From positions 1 to 61,467 of the forward strand of contig JBNKNM010000016.1 in NCBI GenBank assembly GCA_050293845.1: a stretch of DNA of 61,467 bases, written 5' to 3'. The translations under genes were made by a program, and so were the position numbers. The stretch comes from Pseudobacteriovorax sp. Its GTDB lineage: Bacteria > Bdellovibrionota_B > Oligoflexia > Oligoflexales > Oligoflexaceae. The notes beneath the pieces were generated by a model. The model was given only the letters and a program-made list of their open reading frames with translations, did not search any database and had not been told where the DNA came from. Shown here one piece after another: positions 10,039-19,330 of the stretch; position 1 is the first letter of the stretch; each line of letters starts with the position of its first letter.

Positions 10039-10326
10039 ATGGTAGTAGCTCAGAAAACGGGTATTTCGACAACAAAGGGTTTTGTTTCTCTTGCGTTCAT
10101 CATTGCGACATTTATAACGGAGGAAGCAAAAGGTGACGGTCTACAAATTACGGATGTAGGCAAACTTTTGATGAATTCGGACTTTCGCAGTAAGGTAGTA
10201 AGTGCTATATCAAATATCGATCTGATCGACGATGAAATAATGGATCTAGATAGATCGGAAATTTTTGAGATAGTACAATTCGTACTGCAAAAAACTAAAG
10301 AATTTGTAACGGGAAGCGCAGCTTAA
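10039..10326 (+). CDS. Phage hypothetical protein
   Basis: GGAG RBS; '..E..DLD..E' helical motif. Confidence 0.55.
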   Translation: MVVAQKTGISTTKGFVSLAFIIATFITEEAKGDGLQITDVGKLLMNSDFRSKVVSAISNIDLIDDEIMDLDRSEIFEIVQFVLQKTKEFVTGSAA

Positions 10327-10341
10327 GGAGGGTAAGCCCGG

Positions 10342-10524
10342 ATGAGGCAGTCAGTAATTATTAAGTCATACAAAACAAAGAATGGTACCCTTACTCCACT
10401 TGCTTGGAAGTTGTTTTTAGCTACTGTTCTGATGATTACGGCATCTATCTGGGCTGTCTATCAAGTATCAATCAATAACGATACTTCTCTTGTGGAAGTA
10501 AGCTTAGAAAGTAATGGAGGTTAA
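10342..10524 (+). CDS. Small single-TM protein
   Basis: AGGAGG upstream; one hydrophobic helix. Confidence 0.5.
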   Translation: MRQSVIIKSYKTKNGTLTPLAWKLFLATVLMITASIWAVYQVSINNDTSLVEVSLESNGG

Positions 10525-10526
10525 TT

Positions 10527-10838
10527 ATGTTTAAGTTTGGCGGCCAAGATGGTGGTGGCGGCCAAGGCGGTGGTAGTGAATTTATATCAGATTTCGGAGA
10601 CATTGGCGGTGGTGAATTCGCTGGTCAATGTGGTGGTGGTGGCCTCCTTGGTGGGCAAGATGGTGGTTGCGGCTTAAATTGTGGACAAGTAGGAGGAGGA
10701 AAATTTTTTAGTGGTGATATTGGTGGCGGAGAATTCGTCGGTCAAACCAGTGGCGGTACCCTCTTGGAGGCAGCGTTTAAAGGGCAGCATGATGGTGGAA
10801 GTATCATTTCAATGCAGGGAGGAGGTTGCATATTTTAA
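10527..10838 (+). CDS. Gly-rich protein made of ~10 tandem G-[QD]-x-(x)-GG(G) units
   Basis: GGAGG RBS 6 nt before ATG; repeats at protein level with varied Gly codons. Confidence 0.75.
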   Translation: MFKFGGQDGGGGQGGGSEFISDFGDIGGGEFAGQCGGGGLLGGQDGGCGLNCGQVGGGKFFSGDIGGGEFVGQTSGGTLLEAAFKGQHDGGSIISMQGGGCIF

Positions 10839-11140
10839 AATGCGTGGCAAAGAAGCGAATCGATGACTACAAAGACCTTTTCAATATTCATCGATTCTCT
10901 GATGCCGTAGGTTTAAGCAGAAATGCTAGCGTAGTTTTGAGTTTTCTAATTAGCGGTTACAGTAAAAGTGATATTGCCAAGCTGAATAAGCTTAAACCTC
11001 ATGATGTTCGTGGCTGTGTAAGAGAAATTAAGAGAAAGTTGTGTGTAAGATCCACAGCAGCAATAGTTAGAAAATACCGGTTATTTATTGAGGAAGATAA
11101 AATTGATTCACATAACAACAGAAATTCCGAAGCTGGATGA
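10826..11140 (+). CDS. LuxR/GerE-type HTH protein
   Basis: 'LSRN...VL.FL..GYS..DIAK.......V......I.RKL.VRS.AAIV'. Confidence 0.65.
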   Translation: MHILKCVAKKRIDDYKDLFNIHRFSDAVGLSRNASVVLSFLISGYSKSDIAKLNKLKPHDVRGCVREIKRKLCVRSTAAIVRKYRLFIEEDKIDSHNNRNSEAG

Positions 11141-11657
11141 CATCGAGGGCGACATTCGCTCTTCGACCATCCGGTCGATCAATAAAATAGCTGCAGACGC
11201 TGCATTCACAATCAGAGATCAGTTACCTAGTAAGTTCACCTTGAGGAACAACTGGATTAAGCATGGAATACGCTATACGAAAGCAACAGAAACGGAACCT
11301 TATGCGCTGGTATATAGTCGTGATCCATTCATGGTGAAGCAAGAAGAGGGAGGAAATCAAACTAAAGGATTGCATCGTTTTGCGATTCCTAAATCTATTC
11401 GTAGTAGCGACAGAATGTTAATTCCACGAAGGAATAGACCTAAGAATCTCTTAAGAAACAAACAAATTTTCATTACGAAAAAGGGAGATCCTAGAAGCCC
11501 AAATCCAGGTATCGCTGCAATATATGAACGTAAAGGAAAGACCTTGCGGATGCTGTATTTACTCGCGGGCAAACGCTCATATCAAAAACGCTGGGGATTT
11601 TATGAGCAAGTGGAGGGCATGGTAATCAAGAAGTTGGATAATTTTAGATTACCATAA
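11088..11657 (+). CDS. Minor tail / tail-completion protein (lambda gpZ-like), displaced from the virion module
   Basis: Basic; 'RSINK.A...I..QL...F..R.......I...KAT....A.VY....FM..QEEGG'. Confidence 0.5.
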   Translation: MRKIKLIHITTEIPKLDDIEGDIRSSTIRSINKIAADAAFTIRDQLPSKFTLRNNWIKHGIRYTKATETEPYALVYSRDPFMVKQEEGGNQTKGLHRFAIPKSIRSSDRMLIPRRNRPKNLLRNKQIFITKKGDPRSPNPGIAAIYERKGKTLRMLYLLAGKRSYQKRWGFYEQVEGMVIKKLDNFRLP

Positions 11658-11734
11658 CCACGTTAAGTGTGAGATAAACTATCACTTCGAAAACTAGTTT
11701 GAGAAGAATTTTAAAGCAAAAAGGAAATAAAAAA

Positions 11735-12145
11735 ATGAAAATGTTGATACTATTATTTATATTTTTATCTTCTTGTAAAACTACTCCCAAGCCTGTTGAT
11801 CAGTCAAAGCTTGACGATGCTAGGTGGGAACTTCGCTATTCAATGCTCATGGATGACTATGAGAAGGCCCTACCTAAAGCCAAACAGCTTGCAGAATTCG
11901 GATATAAGGACGCTCAATTGATACTAGCAGCCCTTTTACTTAAAGATATAAAAACAGATCAAGAACTTATTGAAGGGATGGCATGGCTTAATGTTGCATG
12001 TGAATCACAAACAAAAGAATGCTTAGATTTACGTGAAGATCTACTGGGACTCATAAAAGATATGAATAAACAAGAGATCGAAGAGCGCACAGCAGAACTA
12101 AGAATGCTTTATGGTATAAAAGTCAAGAAAACTGTCATCAATTGA
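11735..12145 (+). CDS. Lipoprotein with Sel1/TPR-like repeat
   Basis: Lipobox LSSC; 'AE.G..DAQ..L......EG.AWLNVA'. Confidence 0.7.
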   Translation: MKMLILLFIFLSSCKTTPKPVDQSKLDDARWELRYSMLMDDYEKALPKAKQLAEFGYKDAQLILAALLLKDIKTDQELIEGMAWLNVACESQTKECLDLREDLLGLIKDMNKQEIEERTAELRMLYGIKVKKTVIN

Positions 12146-12164
12146 AAAAATAAAAGGAGAAAAA

Positions 12165-12413
12165 ATGGATCAATTAAAGATTAACTTATTTTCAAACAAA
12201 TATAAATTATCAGTTCGTGAGAAGGATATTCTCACTGCTATGGTTCAGGGGCAAGTAAGTGCTGAAGATATTGCGCTTCATTTCGGACTATCGCGTAACA
12301 CAGTCCGCATTCATATTAAAAATATAAACTCAAAAGTTGGCGTCCGTTCAAAGGCTGCGATTCTTTCAGAGTTTATCCGCTTTGATAACTTTCCAGTAGT
12401 TCAAGTCGGCTAA
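12165..12413 (+). CDS. LuxR/GerE-type stand-alone HTH regulator
   Basis: LSVREKDIL..MVQG.....IA..FGLSRNTVRIHIKNI.SK.GVRSK. Confidence 0.9.
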   Translation: MDQLKINLFSNKYKLSVREKDILTAMVQGQVSAEDIALHFGLSRNTVRIHIKNINSKVGVRSKAAILSEFIRFDNFPVVQVG

Positions 12414-12466
12414 TGCTTAGTAGGAATCTTGGGAAATTTTAAAACTATAATTTAGGAGAACAAATC

Positions 12467-13150
12467 ATGCAAAATAGTGTACCAGTATCAAGATCCTCGG
12501 TTTCGTCGAGAGAAAGTTTTATCAGAAACACTTATCTCCACCTCTTTGGCGCCATCTTATTTTTCACTGGAGTAGAGTACGTCCTATTCCAATCCGGTCT
12601 AGCCCTTTCGATCACTCAGTTTGCCGTTAATACTAATTGGCTTCTCATCTTGGGGGGATTTGTTCTGCTGAGCTGGATTGCAACTAGATTCGCGGAAACC
12701 TCTAGAAGTAAGTCAGGACAGTACCTTGGATTCGGTGCATATATAATCCTAGAAGCTTTGATTTTTGCTCCTATGTTAATGATAGCTGAAATTAATAGTG
12801 GCGGTGGAGCTATCGAAAGTGCTGCAACTGCGACGCTTCTAGGGTTTGGTGGTATTACAGCGATTGCATTTGCGCTTAAACGCGACTTCTCTTGGCTCGG
12901 TAAGATCATAACCATGGTTGGAATCGGCGCTCTTGTGCTGATTGTTTGTGGATCTCTATTTGGATTTTCCTTAGGAGTCTATTTTTCTGTAACCATGGTG
13001 GTTCTTGCCGGTGCTGCTATTCTATACGATACAAGTAATATCATTCATCACTATGGTGAAGATCAATACGTAGCGGCCTCTATGCATCTATTTGCTTCTA
13101 TTGCTTTGATGTTCTGGTATATCTTAAGGATCTTTTCTTCTAGAGATTAA
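12467..13150 (+). CDS. Bax inhibitor-1/YccA family membrane protein
   Basis: ~7 TM segments; 'FIR.TY.HL', 'DFSWLG', 'ILYDTS.I', 'YVAA...LF.S...MF..ILRI'. Confidence 0.92.
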   Translation: MQNSVPVSRSSVSSRESFIRNTYLHLFGAILFFTGVEYVLFQSGLALSITQFAVNTNWLLILGGFVLLSWIATRFAETSRSKSGQYLGFGAYIILEALIFAPMLMIAEINSGGGAIESAATATLLGFGGITAIAFALKRDFSWLGKIITMVGIGALVLIVCGSLFGFSLGVYFSVTMVVLAGAAILYDTSNIIHHYGEDQYVAASMHLFASIALMFWYILRIFSSRD

Positions 13151-13253
13151 GGAGAGCAGACTATACTCTATCCGGGGGGTAGCAAGTGGAAATTAAAGCC
13201 AAATGATCCCCTGTTCTATCAAGTAAATTGATTTTGTAGATTGAGACTAAAAA

Positions 13254-13883
13254 ATGACTACCAAAACCGAACAACTTAAGAAACTATCCCAAAATGAACT
13301 TAATGACATTCTCGAAAAGCACCAACTTTTTCTAACTGATTCCTCACTTGAAGACGCTCAAATTGCTGTCTTTGAAAATGTAATTCTAGATAATCTTGAT
13401 TTTTCTGGTACGAACCTCAGTCGAGCAGTATTTGTTAAGAATGTAGTAGCAAGTTTTTCAAATTTCAATAAAACAACTATTGAACATGTTAATTTTGAAA
13501 AAGTTTTATTAAAGCAATGTAGTTTTGATGAAGCAGCCATAATTCAATCAATATTTTCTTCCGTTGAAAATTGCTCATTTAAAGAATGCCAAATCCTTCA
13601 AGCTTGTTTTGATCGTGCTAGCATAAAGGAATCGAATTTTTCTGGCTCTGAAATTGACATGTGTAATTTTGTAAATACTGATATTACAAGAACCGAATTT
13701 ACTAACTGTTATTTAAAACATACTGACTTTGATTGTAGCCAGCTACTTGAAATAGATTTTTCTAGTGCAAGGGTAATTAAATTGTGTGGATTTAATGAGC
13801 TTAGAGTGTTTCTTCTATCTAAACTTCCTGATTCAGTTTCATTTAGTATGATGAAAAATGATTTAAGCGAAGGTATTTTATAA
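13254..13883 (+). CDS. Pentapeptide-repeat protein
   Basis: Repeating x-x-F-x-x pentapeptides; N-terminal 'L..ILEKH..FL'. Confidence 0.88.
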   Translation: MTTKTEQLKKLSQNELNDILEKHQLFLTDSSLEDAQIAVFENVILDNLDFSGTNLSRAVFVKNVVASFSNFNKTTIEHVNFEKVLLKQCSFDEAAIIQSIFSSVENCSFKECQILQACFDRASIKESNFSGSEIDMCNFVNTDITRTEFTNCYLKHTDFDCSQLLEIDFSSARVIKLCGFNELRVFLLSKLPDSVSFSMMKNDLSEGIL

Positions 13884-14045
13884 GAGAAACGCCCAAACCT
13901 GAAAAAGAGCTTGGATATCATTTCTAGTCTTTTTACTGCAAGCATCATTTCAAAAAATTAGTGAAAACTAAGCTTGTTATTTCAAATGCTCTATAATATC
14001 GTTTTTGTTAACAGATCAACAAAGTGCAGTCTAGGAGCGAATACA

Positions 14046-14429
14046 ATGAGTTCTAATAAGGTTGGTGGATTAGAAGGTGGATCGGGTATAAGTAATGTTC
14101 CCATCATTGCTAATCGAGGAAGTGGTACAGTTATCACAAAGAACCGTAGTTGCTTTGGTGGTGTCTGTGGAGGAACAGGTGGTCTCGATGGCAACGAAGG
14201 CGGTAGTGACTTTATTACAAATGGCGTCGAGGGTGGCGGTGGAGGTGGTGCTACGGGTGGAGACGGAAACTCTAAAAATGAAGGGAATACGGGAACTTTT
14301 CTCGGTGAAGTTTCAGGAGGAGAATGTAGGCTGAGCGGTGGAGTAGGTGGTGGCGAGAGAGACTTCAACGGAGGTGCTAGTGGCGGGGCCGGAGTAATAG
14401 AATCTAGTTGTTTTCTCGCTGTTCGGTAG
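14046..14429 (+). CDS. Second Gly-rich protein of tandem GG-x-x-GG / G-N-x-x-G units
   Basis: AGGAG RBS upstream of ATG 14046; ~10 degenerate units. Confidence 0.7.
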   Translation: MSSNKVGGLEGGSGISNVPIIANRGSGTVITKNRSCFGGVCGGTGGLDGNEGGSDFITNGVEGGGGGGATGGDGNSKNEGNTGTFLGEVSGGECRLSGGVGGGERDFNGGASGGAGVIESSCFLAVR

Positions 14430-14521
14430 CAAAAAAATAGCCAATTAAATCAGTCAAATATCAGCACACGCTTTACAAGATACATATAGTATAGTACGTC
14501 ATACTATCGTATTGTAAAGGT

Positions 14522-15268
14522 ATGAACATGCAATTAATCGATGAAGTAAGAATATTAATACAAACTTATCTAGATGCAAGTCGTTCTCGCTCAATCGGAA
14601 CTCTAGCAAAAAAGTCTGGTGTATCTTATTCCACCGTAAGACGTGTTGTGACAGGTGAGACGACACAAGCCGTGATTGATACTACCGTTATCCCGATCCT
14701 ATCTGTTTTCATGAAGCGAAAAGAAATCCATGAGTTAATTGGTAAATATGACCCGAAGTTTGCGCAAGTATGGAAACCAATTTTTGATGATGATTGTGAA
14801 AATACAACGCTGAAAATGGCAACATGGAAGGACTTTGATCAACACATTATTGCTTTAGCATCGACTAGCAAGGGAGTCTCAAGCGAACGTTTGGCAAAGG
14901 ATTTAGGTGAACTCGCCGGGCTAGCCAGAGCCGAAGAACTTGTTAACATGGGCATCTTAAAAGAAGAGTATGGAATCTTTTATACTCCCTCAGAAAATTT
15001 CACTGATATAACCCCATCCAGCGTTCTAGAAAGGATCACCATCTTTTCTCGATCTTATAATTTGAATAATGTCGGGCGTGGAGCATACTACTGGATATTT
15101 TCAGAATCTATGTGTGAAGAGGCGTATAAAGAAATTCAAAATGCCAGCCTAGAGTTTATAACGCGGGTTAATGAAGTGAAAGCGAAGTATAAGTCTAAAA
15201 AGCCGACTCGTGTCGGCCAGTTTAGTTTGCTTGGGAATTTTATTGATCTTGATGAGGGGAAAAAATGA
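14522..15268 (+). CDS. XRE-like HTH regulator with C-terminal domain (paralog of 58252..59049)
   Basis: 'SIGTLAKKSGVSYSTVRRV..GE'; aligns by eye along its length to 58252..59049. Confidence 0.8.
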   Translation: MNMQLIDEVRILIQTYLDASRSRSIGTLAKKSGVSYSTVRRVVTGETTQAVIDTTVIPILSVFMKRKEIHELIGKYDPKFAQVWKPIFDDDCENTTLKMATWKDFDQHIIALASTSKGVSSERLAKDLGELAGLARAEELVNMGILKEEYGIFYTPSENFTDITPSSVLERITIFSRSYNLNNVGRGAYYWIFSESMCEEAYKEIQNASLEFITRVNEVKAKYKSKKPTRVGQFSLLGNFIDLDEGKK

Positions 15269-15852
15269 ATCTAATAAAAGTATTTATAATACTAAGCTTA
15301 TTAGTTATGTCCTGCGCAACAAAGAAGAGAGTAATCAACTATGGCCTTGATATGGATAATCGAGGAACTGTAGATGATATTCCAGATATTGATACGGTAA
15401 TTGACCAAAAACCTGCGGCTCCAGCAGAAAACTATATTAGATCTTTAAGCGGTCCAATCAAGGCTAAAATTATTCATAAAGCTTTTAAGAAGTCTTCTAA
15501 GGCACTTAACCACTGTTATAGTTATATTAATGCAGATAAGAAAGCAAAAAAGGTTAGCGACCTTGGTGCTAATGGAACAAAGTTGTTCGGTCCTAGAACA
15601 GCTTCTGGTCACTATGGAGTAGATACCGGTGGAAATATTGATGGAAATATTGCTGTAAGTTTTTTAATTAACGCAGATGGTTCTGTCACAGAACAGAGAA
15701 TTATAAGTTCTGATTTTGATAATCCTCGTTTTGAGCACTGTGTTCAGAATTTAGTAAGCCATTTTAGTTTTCCAGAAGATAGTAGCCAAACTAAAGTTCA
15801 TGGTTACGAACTGAGATTTTCCTATGAGATTGATTATGTTCCTAATGACTAA
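15265..15852 (+). CDS. Lipoprotein with AgmX/PglI-like (TonB-C-like) C-terminal domain
   Basis: Lipobox VMSC; 'L.HCY ... G.I.V.F.I.ADGSV....I.SS....P.FE.CV.......FP'. Confidence 0.75.
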   Translation: MNLIKVFIILSLLVMSCATKKRVINYGLDMDNRGTVDDIPDIDTVIDQKPAAPAENYIRSLSGPIKAKIIHKAFKKSSKALNHCYSYINADKKAKKVSDLGANGTKLFGPRTASGHYGVDTGGNIDGNIAVSFLINADGSVTEQRIISSDFDNPRFEHCVQNLVSHFSFPEDSSQTKVHGYELRFSYEIDYVPND

Positions 15853-15857
15853 AAGTC

Positions 15858-16094
15858 TTAGTCTCGTCCCTTATTCTTGCGTACCATCTTGGCTGTACGC
15901 TCATTGCCAAATTTAAACTGACCAGTTTCTACCGCTAGCAAATATTGTTGATCCTTTATGTCATCTAGCGCATTAAGCTCGTCTATTATAGCTGCCGCCT
16001 CTGCACCTTTCAGTGTTTTCACTAACTTATTGTTGCTGTAAATGAATAGCTTACCTTCTTTTGTCTTTTTATATGTAAATTGCATGCCGTTCAC
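15858..16094 (-). CDS. Small hypothetical protein
   Basis: 'LA..TG.FK.GNER' motif. Confidence 0.65.
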   Translation of the reverse strand: MNGMQFTYKKTKEGKLFIYSNNKLVKTLKGAEAAAIIDELNALDDIKDQQYLLAVETGQFKFGNERTAKMVRKNKGRD

Positions 16095-16112
16095 TCGAAA
16101 TTTTCGGGGATA

Positions 16113-16847
16113 TTAATGTACAGGACAGTCGGCCTGAACCTGACTTAACTTAGCTCGCTCTTGCGGCCCAATCTCAAGACTATACTTCTTCTTAACATGA
16201 ACCCATTTTTTCGTATACTCACACCAATATTCCTTTCTAGGAGGCATCCACCGGGCTGGTCCCTTAGCTCCTTTTTCACGATTAAGCTCAGCAGAAACCA
16301 CAAGTAAATTTTCTGGATCGTTCGCAAAAGCTCGACGTTGCTCCTTGGTCCAAGTCTTAGCCCCATAGGTATAGGCATGCTTGAGTGGGACGATGTGGTC
16401 AATATCAAGGTCGCTGGCCTTGTCAAAGGTCTTGCCTGAGTATGGGTCAAACCATTTACCCCAGCTGACGTTACAGGGCTTGTTCCTCTTCCATTTTATC
16501 GTGCCGATGTTGTCACGCTGTAGGATCTCGGATCGAGTATTTTGGCAATCGTTGTCCTCATCAATCCAATGAGGCCAGTCCTTGCGGTTGTAACTTTGGT
16601 GAAGGGATTCTTTTTGCTTTTCAGGAGTTAGGAGCTCCGAATTGGAGTTTGATTTATCTGAGATTTTGGCGAGGGCATCCAGGGCTTCTTGCTTATTCTG
16701 AAAGACTTGGCCTTCAAGTGGCCCTTTGTGGCAGTGGTATTCTTGCTTGGAGTTATCCTTGTGGCAACCTGTGGCTTTCGCAGTTCTGCCACCATGGGCG
16801 GTTGCTATGGTTGAGAATAGGGCTATTGCGGCTATTAGTTTTTGCAT
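16113..16847 (-). CDS. Secreted HNH (DUF1524-like) nuclease with N-terminal YHYH-like motif
   Basis: Signal peptide then HGG...GCH...YHCH; DIDHIVPL, FANDPENL, NREKG. Confidence 0.88.
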   Translation of the reverse strand: MQKLIAAIALFSTIATAHGGRTAKATGCHKDNSKQEYHCHKGPLEGQVFQNKQEALDALAKISDKSNSNSELLTPEKQKESLHQSYNRKDWPHWIDEDNDCQNTRSEILQRDNIGTIKWKRNKPCNVSWGKWFDPYSGKTFDKASDLDIDHIVPLKHAYTYGAKTWTKEQRRAFANDPENLLVVSAELNREKGAKGPARWMPPRKEYWCEYTKKWVHVKKKYSLEIGPQERAKLSQVQADCPVH

Positions 16848-17015
16848 ATTTTCCTCAATGATATTAGCAAATTTGAAGATATTGGAAATACAACCTTATT
16901 TCAATAAATCCTTGTCGAGGGTCCAGCTTTTTTCTATTCTCGTTACTGCGATGAACTCCACCAAAGCTTTTTTTAGGAGAGTGGGACATGCACGGATTTT
17001 CTATATAAAAGAAAG

Positions 17016-17270
17016 ATGACTATGAGTACTGCAAGAGAAATATCTAGACTTAAGCTACTATCAAACGCTACTGATGCAGAAATGAACGGATTTATAGAAG
17101 CTGTAGACCGAATTGGAAAAGAATCTTACTTACTGAAAATAGACATTATTGGGAAGCTTTTGGAGCTAAGTGCTGAGGGCATTAAAAATGATAGTTTAAT
17201 ATTGGAATTGGAGAAAGAAATTAAACGTTCTAGACTCTCTGAATATAGTCGTTATGTCGATAAAATTTAA
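17016..17270 (+). CDS. Hypothetical protein
   Basis: ORF track. Confidence 0.45.
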   Translation: MTMSTAREISRLKLLSNATDAEMNGFIEAVDRIGKESYLLKIDIIGKLLELSAEGIKNDSLILELEKEIKRSRLSEYSRYVDKI

Positions 17271-17562
17271 TAGTAAGATGATGGCTTTTAATTCATGCAA
17301 AATTTGTAGCTCGCTTCTTCCATCAACAAACATTATTCCGCTATGCGCAAATTGTTGGTCAGACCATAGATCAGAAATAATCAAATTAATAAAGATCAAA
17401 GAGAAAGCGGAAATAATACCTTTCGATCCACCCAAAAATACGGAATTCGGAGAGGTTTCGCCCTATTCAGAGAATCATTATGCTAATGATGGCATAGCCA
17501 TCAAAAATATAGCTTGTAGAAATATTTCTGATCTTAATAGAATAGGGGGCATGATAGACTGA
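17254..17562 (+). CDS. Hypothetical protein with CxxC...CxxC
   Basis: ORF track; Zn-finger-like Cys pairs. Confidence 0.45.
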   Translation: MSIKFNSKMMAFNSCKICSSLLPSTNIIPLCANCWSDHRSEIIKLIKIKEKAEIIPFDPPKNTEFGEVSPYSENHYANDGIAIKNIACRNISDLNRIGGMID

Positions 17563-17635
17563 TTGATTCTTCATCAAGTGTTTTTAGTCCATCTACGAAA
17601 ATTCCAACCATGAGACCGAAAAGACTCAATAAGTA

Positions 17636-18790
17636 ATACGGATTACAGAAAGTTCGTGAACGATGTCTATCACTTTGATAATGTTTATTTTTTCAGCCTA
17701 ACGAAAAGCTAAGCATTAAAAAAGGATAGACCCATGAATAATGACATAAGAGGTTCCATAAAGAAATTGAAAAAACTGGCTAATAGCAAGGAATATGCTG
17801 AAATCAGAGATCGCCTTTATGCCGTGATCTATGGAAAAAAAATGGAGCTTAAGCAGAACAGCGAGAAAACTTCATCGCAGCAAAACGTGGGTGCAAAAGT
17901 GGCGTCAACGCTATAAAACCCTTGGTGTTCAGGGACTATATGATCTGCAACGTTCAGGGAGGCCTTCCCTTCTCGATGGTAGTAAAGAAATCGATTTTAT
18001 TGAAAGACTACAGCTAGGCCCTCAAAAACAGGATGCTGTTAGCGTTTTTCGAGGGAAAGTTATAAAAGAGATTCTAAGTTTAGAGTTTTGCTGTAAGTAC
18101 TCATTGTCAGGTGTCTACAACCTCCTTAGAAGGCTTAACTTTAAAAGAATAAGACCTCGTCCCAGACATGAGAAAAATGACCCAAGCGTCATGAAGCATT
18201 GGCAAAGAAGCACCCTACCTTTGGCTGTTGCTAAAGCTCAACTAAGTCACCCAGATAAGATTTTAGAGATCTGGTTTCAAGATGAAATGCGATATGGTAA
18301 TAAAACCCGAGTTGTCGCGGCATGGAAACAAGCAGGAACCCAGTGGACTCAAACAAAGCAAAATGGTTTTTCCAATTGCTATGTTTATGGAGCCGTTAAT
18401 AGCGTCACAGGAGATCATGTTGGTTTTGTATACCCTCATTGCTCTACCGAAGCAATGAATGTTCATATAGAGCTGATATCTCAGGCTGTCGATGAGAACA
18501 AACACATTTTGTTAATAGTGGATCAGGCAGGCTGGCACTCAAAATCATCTCAACTGAAAGTTCCACAAAATATTACCCTACTTGATTTACCACCATACAG
18601 CCCTGAGCTAAATCCCGTTGAAAGACTTTGGCTTTGGATCAAAGAAAACTATTTGTCAAATGTAGTCATCAACCGTGAACATAATTTGGTTGATATTGGC
18701 TGTCAGGCTTGGAATCAACTTAGCAAAGAGAGGGTAAAGTCTATTTGTAACACAGACTACATAGCGTTCACGAACTTTCTGTAATCCGTA
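17636..18790 (+). mobile_element. IS630-family insertion sequence with terminal inverted repeats and TA duplication
   Basis: ATACGGATTACAGAAAGTTCGTGAACG (17636-17662) is the reverse complement of 18765-18791; TA at 17634-35 and 18791-92. Confidence 0.92.
17734..18784 (+). CDS. IS630 transposase, split by a +1 frame offset at an A8 run (17835-17842)
   Basis: WFQDE..., DQAGWH, LPPYSPELNPVERLW DDE motifs; N-terminus lies in 17734..17916. Confidence 0.88.
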
Positions 18791-19330
18791 TAAGTCTGAA
18801 TCCGTAGTAAGTTGCGACGCACAATAGTCTGCATCTGTTTGACAATTCAACATGATTTTGAGAGATGAAATGAATGGAATTTCGAAAGGAGTTACATCAT
18901 AGAAAAGTTTGCTCTTGGGAAAATTAACCTCAAGGAAGAGTGGAGCTATTTCAAATTGCACTGTCATTCTTTCCTTCAAATAGATATAAATAGCACCATT
19001 AATCAATCTGCCATCACATTCAACTGGTACTAATTTTAAGCCTCCCCCTTCCGTAGATTTCACAAGAATTTGTGGAAGATGGGTTTCTATCAGGTCTTTT
19101 AGACTTTGATAGGTATTTTGTTCAGAAAGTTCAGGATTGAAAATTCCACAGTGAATAGATTGAGTTAAGTTATCCAAACAATCACTGAAATTTTTTGGGA
19201 TCTTAAGCATGATCGAGGCTTCCTTTCTCGTTAGACAGAGTTCAGCTAATAGGAAGATTGTCATCCTTAACGTGAGTTGAGCATGAGAGGAATGGCTCAC
19301 CATGGTGGTACTATGGTTGATTATACGGTT

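Larger units (their letters stand above)
17574..19210 (-). pseudogene. Hypothetical gene interrupted by the IS630 element
   Basis: Removing the IS and one TA restores the frame ...TTDSDL-LIESFRSHGWNFRRWTKNT* with stop at 17574-17576. Confidence 0.65.

Noticed and set aside
13991..14368. Pro-rich minus-strand ORF
   Set aside because: Antisense shadow of the Gly-rich gene, which has the RBS
18656..19303. 215-aa ORF as an intact gene
   Set aside because: Its last ~44 codons are read-through into the IS630 right end
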